From Takakia lepidozioides (Eukaryota; Plantae; Bryophyta): a stretch of 64,000 nucleotides of DNA. Positions 54,603 through 64,000 of the stretch are shown here, piece after piece. The notes beneath the pieces are model-generated. The model made no database searches and was not told the DNA's origin. It saw only the letters and a program-made list of their open reading frames with translations. The stretch covers positions 51,398,001 through 51,462,000 of the forward strand of contig CM060731.1 in the NCBI GenBank assembly GCA_030704615.1, written 5' to 3'. Made by a program: the position numbers and the translations under genes. Position 1 is the stretch's first letter. Every line of letters starts with the position of its first letter.

Positions 54603-55673
54603 CCCTTAAGGGCCTGCCATTGTGCAAATTTCACCCCTAAAAAAGTTAACCTCTAGTTTGTTAAATGAGGCTACACACCTACCCCATGATACATCCAAAA
54701 AAATGAACCTTACCATGTTTATCTTGCCTACCATATACATCTACTCATCAAATTGTGGAAAAATTCACCATAAATCATGAGAGATTTTAGTGTTTTAGTG
54801 AGAGGGTTTTTTTTTGGGATTTTGTAAAGTATAGAATTTGAACTTTGATCAAACTATTTAGGTGATGGGTGGATTTTTCCTGCTCCTGTCTCCCACATAG
54901 AAATGTGATATGTTGTCATAGCCAACTACTGTGGAAGTTTCAAATCAGACAACCTTTCCTTTTATTAGGGTCTTTTGTATGTGTTTGAGGTGAGGGCAAA
55001 ATGTCCTCCATAGCTTACTAATTCAAAGTGAGCCCTCACAAGAAATCCACCCCTTGATAAAAAGATGTTTCACTCAATCGTTCTGGTGAGGGTGTGACAT
55101 GTAATACAATAGTGAGCCTAGAAAAAAAGAAACTAGATCCAACGGTACAATCTACAAATGTGGGGCCCCGAGTGGGCCAAGTTACTTTCCTGCCCACATG
55201 CTTGTAAATTACCTACTCCGGTAGAGGTTCCCGGCGACTGTTGAAGGGCCACGTAGACTTTCAAACTCCATTTCAAAGGGAAGTTGGTCGTTGGGTCCTG
55301 CAACATCAACCGCGGTTGGTGCCAGGAAGCAGGTAGGCTTCTTGTCATGGCGGGTGGACAGGGTGTATAGTCCACCGCCGGCATGCATATGGCAATTTGA
55401 CGGCTAAACGTGTGTCAATTATATCTCGCCACACAGATGGTCAACTCTGCGTGGCCCATCCCCATGCTCCAATATTATGACCCCTGCGTTTTCTAGAAAA
55501 TCTACAGGTCAGAGAATTTATTAGAATGTGCTGCTTTCAATATGAGAAGGTGGGCCATGTTGCCAGAATATTAATTGTAGTTGAAACCATTGAAAAATGT
55601 TAAGATCTGCGAAAAGTAGAGAAGAAAATCTATTTCCTCAAAACTTGAAACGGGTCTCTTGGGCCCTTAAGGG
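54603..55673. mobile_element. Non-autonomous piggyBac-like element
   Basis: TTAA|CCCTTAAGGGCC ... GGCCCTTAAGGG|TTAA: TTAA duplication plus CCC/GGG termini. Confidence 0.75.
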
Positions 55674-55884
55674 TTAAGAAGACCCAAAACAATGGTCACA
55701 TTTCTTGAGGAGGGTCCTCTCATAGAGTCTCCAGGTCTCCTAAGTCGAGAGAGAGAGAGAAAGACTCGTTCTCTTGGGCCCTTAAGGGTTAAGAAGACCC
55801 AAAACAATGGTCACATTTCTTGAGGAGGGTCCTCTCATAGAGTCTCCAGGTCTCCTAAGTCGAGAGAGAGAGAGAAAGACTCGT
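55655..55884. repeat. Perfect 115-bp tandem duplication
   Basis: 55655-55769 equals 55770-55884, including the right TIR, the TTAA and a (GA)7 run. Confidence 0.93.
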
Positions 55885-56554
55885 GCTGAAGCAAAGTCTG
55901 ATTTTTTTATGGAGTCACTTCAAACGGAAAGGGGTTGCCCAAACTTTCTCAAAAGTCCCAGATAGATCTAGAGAAGACATCATAATTTATGCTTCCTTGG
56001 GATGCGTCATATATATACATATAGAGAAGACCGTGTCGTCTCAAGCCAATGTAATTAACAGCCAATTTACCTTTTCAACTACCGTAGAGTCTTAAGTTTG
56101 ATGTTCAGCGTTTATTAATTCAAATGTTGTTTATCTAAAATATTTAGAAAAGTAATGACCTCAATGTCAAAGCGATAAAGAATTCCATGTTAGAGGATAA
56201 CCCTAATTATCTCCCTAGAGGTAATTTAAATGTATGTGACCAACTAGTTCGAAAATTGTAAAAATCTAAATTTAGGTGCCGGACCTACTTTCTCTGAAAT
56301 AATTAAATATTCGGCAGCAATGCGCTGGACATAGAAGGACTCTACACGGTATTAGTTCCTTTCAGTGGTGGGTACTATGATATACTATATACTTATTTAA
56401 CCCCTAAGTGCCGGGAGTGTTTTTGGGGGTCCACCTAAAAAATAAGACCCACTGTCACCTCCCCCAATACCTGTAAGGTATTGGCCTCAATAGACCCCAA
56501 ATAGTCCTCAAACAAGCCCCCAAAAGGCTCCAAAAATATCCACAGTCAGTCGAT

Positions 56555-56900
56555 TTTTCATCCATCACTGACCGAATTTCATCCAAAACCGTGATTTCTC
56601 ATTCTTAGGTCCGATATTTCATCCGCCGCAATGGTTCATCCATCGGTGCGATATTTCATCCACTGGCGCGATATTTCATCCGCCGATGCGATTTCATCCG
56701 TTTGCGCAGTTTCATCCGTCACCGCAATTTTTCATCCGATGGCACGATAGTTCATCCGCTGGCACAGTTTCATCCGTCGCCGTGATTTTTCATCCGATAG
56801 CGCGATAGTTCATCCGCTGGCGCAGTTTCATCCACTGCAACCGATTCTCATCTAAGAGCGCCGATTGTCATCCATTGGCTCAATAGTTCATCCGATGGGT
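56555..56900. repeat. Minisatellite of about 19-21 bp with a TTCATCC(G) core
   Basis: More than 15 copies of TCATCC-like cores at near-regular spacing. Confidence 0.88.
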
Positions 56901-57749
56901 CAATTGTAGTGCTCCCAACTCTGGGATAATGTTCCCACGCATTTCCACGAGTTCCCAAAGAGTTCTCAAGCGTTCCCAAGCTAGGGTTTGCGCCGCTTTG
57001 CCTCTGCGATTACGGCAACGAGCTATGGCTTCTATGAAACAATCAGAGGTGCTGTTTTTGGTTTCTTGAGCATCAATAGACGACCAAGAGTGCCTCTAAC
57101 TCCCTGAGCAAGCTATTTGCCACACAACAAGCTCTCTTTCTCTATGGAACTTATTGAAACAAGCATAGAACAAGCTATTGAGCTTTCTATGACATACCCT
57201 CTTCTAGCCATCGCATGCACTCATAGTGCTTCCTTCCATGGCCATAGTGCACCTCTTAGAGCTCCTAATCCAGCCCTGTACTTGCCACTTCCATAGACAT
57301 GCTCTTCCCAAGCTTGGGATTGAAACCCCAACTCAAAGCATGCTCTACAAATACACTATTCTGCCCCTAAGAAAAATCAGATATCTACCTCCACTCATAG
57401 CTCTCCTAAGCTTGAAGTTGAAGACTCCCACAAGCTGAAACCATGCTCCACACATGCACCGCTTGCTCCCTTAACACCTGAGCTCTTCTTGAACTCCTTA
57501 AACCCTTGCAACACTTGCAGAACAAGAGCTTCTTCAAAAGCTCTTAAAGTTTTCAATGGGGCTCTATTTGAAAACCTCCTCTTGTACATAAACACCACAA
57601 GGCTTTCCTCTTGCAAACCCTGCAACACCTTGTAACTTAAGAGCTATCTACCAAGCTCTCCTCCACACAAGTGCTAACTATGCTAACACCTTGCACTCAT
57701 CGATGTAAGCAGGTCTTCTTCTAGTGATATGAAAATAGTGAAAAGAGGA

Positions 57750-58412
57750 GAAACCACTCTATCACGTTATATAAGTCAAGCCAATGACACCTTTGCTAAA
57801 GGACTCCACCATACAGACCTCACCCTCTCTCCATCTCACTAGAGCTATGGCTGCGAGAGAAGCCTCAGGAGGCTCGACTATAAGAAGACGAGCCTGCCTA
57901 TGACTCACATGGAGATAACCTCTCCACGTCCCAAGTGAGGTTCGCCACCTCACTTGGCACATGGAACCAAATGAAATCCCAATGTCTACAAAATACAAAT
58001 TTAAATGTATAATGTCTTAATTAGTTAGAAATAATTATTTCTAACTAATCACAAATAAAACCATGACAATCTTCTTGTAGTGATAGGAGATGAGAAATGA
58101 AAGCTCTCTAAACATGAAGCAATCATATTAAGAACAAGCCATAGTCCTTCCAAGTGAAATCCACTCTATCACACAAACTAAGTCAAGCCAAGGACACCAT
58201 TATTAAGGAAATCCACCCTACAAAGCCCGTAACACACTGCCTCTCAATGCCTAGAGCTATGGAAGTGAGAGAGGCTCATGGAGGCTCAACTACAAGAAGA
58301 TGAGCCCTCCTCAACACTCACAAGGGGAAAACCCATCCCCAAATTCTGAGTGAGGTCTGACACCTCACTTGGCATATGAGACCAAATGAAGTCCCAACAC
58401 ACCAAATACAAA
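57750..58412. repeat. Diverged direct repeat (about 250 bp, period about 407 bp)
   Basis: CCACTCTATCAC..AAGTCAAGCCAA..CTAGAGCTATGG..GAGGCTC.ACTA.AAGAAGA..CACCTCACTTGGCA..ACCAAATGAA at about 57754 and 58161. Confidence 0.8.
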
Positions 58413-59813
58413 TATTTGTCATGGTTTTAGTCATGGTTAACTAGAATTACCTACTTCTAGTTAATTAGGACATTTTGGATATCAAAGTTTTCTCCACCAC
58501 AGCTGCAGTTGTAAGAAACACACTGATACTTTACTCCATAAGCTCCCAAGTCTCCAACAAAATATAACTAAGCATTTATCACTTAATGCATCAGTGATTT
58601 GGCACCAGTCTACTATATGTCTTTGTATCCTCTACAACTTGTTTGCAAATGATGCAGTGAGGTTCAGTTTTTAATCTGTCTTCTTCTTGGGTTTCTCTAC
58701 ATCATAGTAATTCACTGCGTAGTACATCTTGTCTAACTAGGAAATCTGGGTGTAAGACAATGTGTTTGTGAAATCCAAGGGAAGGATCTATGGTTGACGT
58801 AAGGTCATCTCTTCTTCTGGGATTCATTGACTATGGCCATATAAGCCACCACTTTGTGATAGACATGAGACTTCCATTGGAAACAGACAGCTGCTTCTTT
58901 TCAGGCACTTTTGTGAGGCCTTCAAAGTGCAAAGAGGCTCCATTCTCACCTTAATTTTGGAGACTTGCTGTGTCCAATATAAACTATAACATGGCATTTA
59001 CCTTGAACCGAAATGTTCAATGTCATAAACACTGAGGGAAAGACTCCCTACTAGCTCCATCAACAGGTCGTATGCTTGTAGGCTTCAACATATATCCAAT
59101 GAGTGGTCAATCACCTACTTGGGAAGTGAAAATGTGTTCTCTAGGTTTGTCATGCGTATATCATTGGGCTATAGTAAGTTGGTGTTATGCAAGAGATTCT
59201 TTTGTCTAGCTAATTATGTTTATATAGACAACTAATTTTTTTCAAGAATGTCTCTTCAGATGTATGGTTGTTATCAATTACATCAAAATGCTAATGTCCA
59301 CCGTAAACAAAACAGAAATTCGGGCATGTGAATAACTTCAAATAATATGAAAAAACAAAATGTGGGGAGAGAGAGAGAAAAATGCTTTAAATATAGACAG
59401 AATAAATGATGAATGTCAGAACAAATATGCATTAAATAAAAAACAACCAAGTTTTTTCATGAAACCGTGACACAAAATCAAAAGATTCTCAACAATTTGA
59501 AATATAAACCAATTGAAAATAAAAGTATCAAAACGAGCCAGAGTCATTACACCAATAAAATTAATATCAAATGAAACAAGCCTCAAATTGCTCTCTTGCT
59601 TTTGCAAAACATAAGAGGAAGGGAAAACTAGGGAACATGATTCAGCACACCACAACAATTAGGGGCTTGACAGGTGTAAGGTCCTTTGACCACATTTTCT
59701 CTGTTGATATTAACATGATGCGTATTCTCTTTTACAAGACAACCAATAAATGTTCATCTTTCCATAAAACTTGAATAAAAGTCGTCACTAGTTGTGCATA
59801 GCAACGCGAAGCC

Positions 59814-59920
59814 CTAGTTTAGCGGAGAGCAGGAATAGGGTGCCATAGTGCCATGTCATCGTCACCACGTCATCGTCGTCAAGCCACGTAGTCGTCGTCA
59901 AGCCACGTAGTCGTCGTCAT
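59814..59920. repeat. Dispersed repeat terminus, copy 3
   Basis: CTAGTTTAGCGGAGAGCAGGAATAGGGTGCCATAGTGCCA followed by CGTCGTCAAGCCACGTAGT repeats. Confidence 0.8.
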
Positions 59921-59954
59921 TTTTATGAACTTGCCCGTACTGCCCGAAAATAAT

Positions 59955-61056
59955 CGGGCAGTGTAGAAAGTTTGAAGGTGCCCGAATGTGTGGAGAAGGC
60001 GATGAGCGTCGAAGCGCAGAGACAGGGAGCGAGGAGCGAGGCATGGCAGCGTCCATGGCGTCCGTGTGTTGCACTGCGCTGCTGGAGCCCGTGTGTGCGT
60101 CGTCTCGCTGTGGGAGCTTACCGCACCTCGGTATGCTTTCTCTTGTCTTACTTTTTTTGTCTTTCGATACGTTTGCTTTACATTTCTATCGGTTTCAGTT
60201 CGTGGTTGGGGCTTGCTGCCGCTAGTAGAGGTCGTGGTCTGAGGCTCGTCTGAGATGTAGGGGTGTTTTAGTAAGGTACATTCTTGCAGCATTGAAGATC
60301 CACACTTCTCTCAATTCCCCATGAGTAGTTGCGCCAATGATTTTTATCGAAGAAACAGTGTCTGTGTCGAAGGAGATAGTTTTGGAGTACAATGAGTCCA
60401 TGTCATTGTTTGACGAAATTGAGATTGGTCCATATTCATGTTTTGGGAGGGGAGAAATCGACAGAGAGGATGAATTTTGGGTTATTTTATTGGGTGTTTA
60501 TTTGGTTGCTTCATTTCATGTACATAGAGAAAGATAGAAAATGTTCTTATCAGCTCATTCTTAGAAAAACCAGTCGATTTCTGACTGTTGGAGTAGTGGG
60601 AAGCATTACATATACTCAGGCGGGAATTTAGGAAAACAACTAGCACAATTTGAGAGACCGAGGGGATGTAGGAAATGCTTAGAAATAGGTTGCCTGATTC
60701 TGCAGCTCATCCAGGCTAATTGCAAGTAAGGTGTTGCTGCAGGCAGGACCCAGGCAGGACGGGTTGGATCGCTGACAAGAAATGTAAGGAATAAAAGCCA
60801 TGGCATCTTGGCATTGCCTCAACAGCTGACCTGGGGAGGAAATGCAAGGTTTCTAGGTCCAGTCTCCAGGGTCAAGGTGGGGCAGAGTCTCCTAAGGTAC
60901 AAAGATTCCTTTTTCTTTTTTCCAGCTCTTTCCAGACGTCACCTATTTTGAGTTTAATATTTCCTGGTTGCTCCTGTGGAAGTTGTGGAAAGTGTGTAAT
61001 TGTTTGTTATTAGGCTGTTTCAACGAAATGAATGTCTTTTGTACAAATAAATCCCA
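59955..61056 (+). other. Inverted duplicate of the RRF 5' region (47445-48544): 5'UTR, exon 1 (60043-60130), intron 1, exon 2 (60743-60896), part of intron 2
   Basis: Collinear with the reverse complement of 47445-48544; exon lengths (88 and 154 nt) and splice sites are identical in both copies. Confidence 0.95.
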
Positions 61057-61358
61057 TCCCCGGGGAAAAAGAGGTCACCGAGTCCTAAATCCAATCTTTC
61101 TCTGTGTGCAATGTGCTGCAATTCTCCTGGTTAGACACCAAGCTTGACTGGTGACATTACCACTTCTCGCCCCTTAACGTTGGAAGCAATCAGCAAGTGT
61201 ACAAATTCGCTATCAGAGTCAAATCTGTCATGGTATTTCCTGAAATGCAGAGATGCTTCTTCAAAAGATCTAGGAGTGTTTGAGCTACGCTGTGAAAAAT
61301 TCTAATAGTTTCTAATGAAGAGTTCTGAGTTAGGCAGGATGGTGGATCATGGACAGTT

Positions 61359-63668
61359 ATGGGAGATCAGACTGGTGGCAGGGATACCACGTCCACCATC
61401 ATCACTGCTTCTGGAGGGGGGCCAGGACAGGGAGTAACCAAGATGTCTTCTCGTAGTCTTGGGGATGTGAGGTCCCTGCGGGGACAACTGAAAGAAGCGC
61501 TCCATGTTTTGAAGCAACCAGGCAGTTTGGTGGACTCCAATACTTATGTCTGTCTCTTGCAGGGCTGTGGCAACATGAAATCTGTAGAAGAAGGAAAACA
61601 GGTGCATGCCCACATTATTCAAAGTGGATTCAAGCCGAGCATCGTTGTAGATAATGCCCTTCTCAACATGTATACCAAGTGTGGGAGTGTAGTCGATGCA
61701 CGCCAAGTGTTTGACAAAATGCCTGAACGAGACATGTTTGCATGGACTATGATGATTTCAGGTTATGTTAAGTATGGGCATGCTGAGGAGGCTTTCAAAA
61801 TCTATGAACAAATGCAAGGGAAAGGGGTGGCACCTGACAGGGTGACATTCAAATGTGTGCTTGGTGCGTGTGCAAGGCTAGGAGCTCTGGGGAAGGGACA
61901 GCGGGTCCATGCTGACATGGTCAAAACTGGAATTGCTTTAGATATTACTTTGGAGACTACCCTTGTTGACATGTATGCAAAATGTGGGAGCATAAGGGCG
62001 GCCCGTCAAGTGTTTGACAAAATGGTGAACCGAAATGTGGTTTCATGGACTGCCATGATCACAGGATACACCAAATGTGGGGGTTTAGAGGATGCACGTC
62101 AATTGTTCAATAGTATGGCTGAACGAAATGTGGTCTCATGGAACGTCATGATTGCAGGGTATGCTGAGCATGGGCATGGTGAAGAGGCTTTAAAAATGTA
62201 TGAGCAAATGCAAGGGGACGGTGTGATGCCTAATAAGGTCACATTCACTTATGTTCTTAACACATGTCTGAGGCTGGGAGCCCTGGAAATGGGACAGCGG
62301 GTTCATGCAGACATCATCAAGACTGGAATTGTGTCAGATGTTAATTTGGAGACTACTCTTGTGGACATGTATGCCAAAAGTGGAAGCATACAGAGTGCGC
62401 GGCAAGTGTTTGAAAAGATGGCAAAACGGAACGTAGTCTCATGGACTGCTTTGATCACAGGATATGCTAAATGTAGAAGCTTAAATGAGGCCCGCCAATT
62501 GTTTGACCAAATGCCTGAACGAGATGTGGTCTCTTGGAATGCCATGATCACAGGGTATGCCCAGCATGGGCATGGCGAAGACGCTTTAAAAATGTATGAC
62601 TTAATGCAATGGGAAGGGGTGAATCCTGACGTGGTGACATTCATTTGCATTCTGACTGTGTGTGCCAGCATAGGAACCCTGGAAAAGGGGAAGCAGATTC
62701 ATGCTGATTTTCTCAAAACTGGAATTTTTGCATGTATTAATCTGGAGACCGCCCTTGTTGACATGTATGCTAAATGTGGCAGCATAATGGATGCACATCA
62801 AGTGTTTGACAAAATCTCTGAACGAGATGTAGTCTCATGGAATGCCATGATTGCAGGCTGTGCCCAGCATGGGCGTGGTGAAGAGGCTCTCAAAATGTAT
62901 GAGCAAATGCAACGGGAAGGGGTGAGGCGTGATGTGGTCACGTTCATTTCGGTTCTGAATGCATGCACCAGCCTGGGAAGTCTTGGAAAGGGAAAACGTG
63001 TCCACTCTGACATCCTCGAGGCTGGAGTTACGCCATGCATTAATCTGAAGACCGCCCTTATTGACATGTATGCCAAATGTGGGAGCCTGAAAGATGCACG
63101 TCAGTTGTTCGACAAAATCGCTGAACGAGATGTGGTCTTATGGAATGCCATGATTGCAGGCTATGCCCAGCATGGGCTTGGTGAAGAGGCTTTCCAACTC
63201 TATGAGCAGATGCAACAGAAAGGCTTAAAGCCAAATGGTAGCACCTTCATGTCTCTTCTCTCTGCATGTAGTCATGCGGGCCTCATGGATGAAGGCCTTC
63301 ACTATTTTTATTCCATGAGTAGAGATCATGGTCTCATACCTACAGTGGAGCATTTTGGCTGCATGGTGGATCTTCTTGGCCGCGCAGGGCGACTGTATGA
63401 AGCAGAGGACTTCATTAACAATATGCCGATTGAACCTGATGCCATGGTTTGGCGGGGCTTGCTTGGTGCATGCTGGCTTCATGGCAATGTGGAGCTAGCA
63501 GAACATGCAGCAAAATGCATCCTCAAGTGGCATCCACAAGACCCTTCAGCTTATGTGCTACTGTGTAATGTCTATGCTCCAGCTGGCAGGTGGGATGATA
63601 AAGCGAATGTGAGAAAAATGATGGAGCACAGAGTGAGTCAGAAAAGATCCAGGGCGCAGTTGCATTGA
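61359..63668 (+). CDS. PLS-class pentatricopeptide repeat protein with E domains (organellar C-to-U editing factor family); probably extended 5' by exons 60043-60130 and 60743-60896
   Basis: Repeated LVDMYAKCGS..ARQVFDKM.ERDVVSWNAMI.GYAQHG.GEEAL, LLSACSHAGL, CMVDLLGRAGRL, WRGLLGAC..HGNVELAE. Confidence 0.96.
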   Translation: MGDQTGGRDTTSTIITASGGGPGQGVTKMSSRSLGDVRSLRGQLKEALHVLKQPGSLVDSNTYVCLLQGCGNMKSVEEGKQVHAHIIQSGFKPSIVVDNALLNMYTKCGSVVDARQVFDKMPERDMFAWTMMISGYVKYGHAEEAFKIYEQMQGKGVAPDRVTFKCVLGACARLGALGKGQRVHADMVKTGIALDITLETTLVDMYAKCGSIRAARQVFDKMVNRNVVSWTAMITGYTKCGGLEDARQLFNSMAERNVVSWNVMIAGYAEHGHGEEALKMYEQMQGDGVMPNKVTFTYVLNTCLRLGALEMGQRVHADIIKTGIVSDVNLETTLVDMYAKSGSIQSARQVFEKMAKRNVVSWTALITGYAKCRSLNEARQLFDQMPERDVVSWNAMITGYAQHGHGEDALKMYDLMQWEGVNPDVVTFICILTVCASIGTLEKGKQIHADFLKTGIFACINLETALVDMYAKCGSIMDAHQVFDKISERDVVSWNAMIAGCAQHGRGEEALKMYEQMQREGVRRDVVTFISVLNACTSLGSLGKGKRVHSDILEAGVTPCINLKTALIDMYAKCGSLKDARQLFDKIAERDVVLWNAMIAGYAQHGLGEEAFQLYEQMQQKGLKPNGSTFMSLLSACSHAGLMDEGLHYFYSMSRDHGLIPTVEHFGCMVDLLGRAGRLYEAEDFINNMPIEPDAMVWRGLLGACWLHGNVELAEHAAKCILKWHPQDPSAYVLLCNVYAPAGRWDDKANVRKMMEHRVSQKRSRAQLH

Positions 63669-64000
63669 GGTGAATGATCAGGTCCATGTATTTCTTATGA
63701 AAGACAAATGGCATCCCCAATTTGAGGAAATCCATGCTGAGCTGAAGAGATTATCCGGGCAGATGGAGGAGGCCGGCTATGTGCCTGACCCACGCTTTGT
63801 CTTGCATGATGGGGAGGAGGAGCAAAAGGAAATTTCTCTTTGCTTCCACAGTGAAAAGCTGGCCATTGCTTTTGGTCTCATTAGCTCACCCCCCAGGATG
63901 CCTGTCTGTGTGATAAAAAACCTTCGGGTATGTGACTGCCACACTGCCACCAAGCTCATCTCCAAGATTGTTGCGCGAAAGGTTATTCTATGGGACCAAT
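63637..64000 (+). pseudogene. Out-of-frame DYW cytidine deaminase domain (runs off the window edge)
   Basis: VRKDPGRSCIEV...AGYVPDPRFVLHD...HSEKLAIAFGLISSPP..PVCVIKNLRVCDCHTATKLISKI in a shifted frame relative to the PPR ORF. Confidence 0.9.

Larger units (their letters stand above)
54534..56287. mobile_element. Possible outer TIR element hosting the piggyBac-like insertion
   Basis: Imperfect inverted ends TAGGGTCCGGAACTAAA / TTTAGGTGCCGGACCTA. Confidence 0.4.

Noticed and set aside
56555-56900. CRISPR-like regular repeat
   Set aside because: Eukaryotic context, 7-bp core, related spacers and no cas genes; it is a minisatellite.

Overview
Eukaryotic nuclear DNA from a land plant, probably a non-flowering lineage (inferred from a flavodiiron-protein fragment and a moss-like PLS-DYW PPR gene). 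Seven spliced host genes can be reconstructed by hand from GT-AG junctions: an LRR-III atypical receptor kinase, RPL4, a DUF538 protein, a UBC32-type E2, RPS3a, the plastid ribosome recycling factor (RRF) and a UBC7-type E2. A PLS-class PPR RNA-editing-factor gene sits at the right end. Between them are an RPL19 pseudogene, isolated gene fragments (flavodiiron, aldo-keto reductase, DUF2921) and many mobile elements (LINE pieces, hAT, CACTA, piggyBac-like, and an intron-containing integrase-core DDE transposase). Most striking observation: about 1.1 kb of the RRF 5' end (5'UTR plus both putative transit-peptide exons) is duplicated in inverted orientation directly upstream of the PPR ORF and can splice in frame into it. 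This suggests a young chimeric gene that borrowed a plastid-targeting module from a neighbour, while its DYW deaminase domain has been cut off by a frameshift. All calls come from reading the sequence; no database searches were run.
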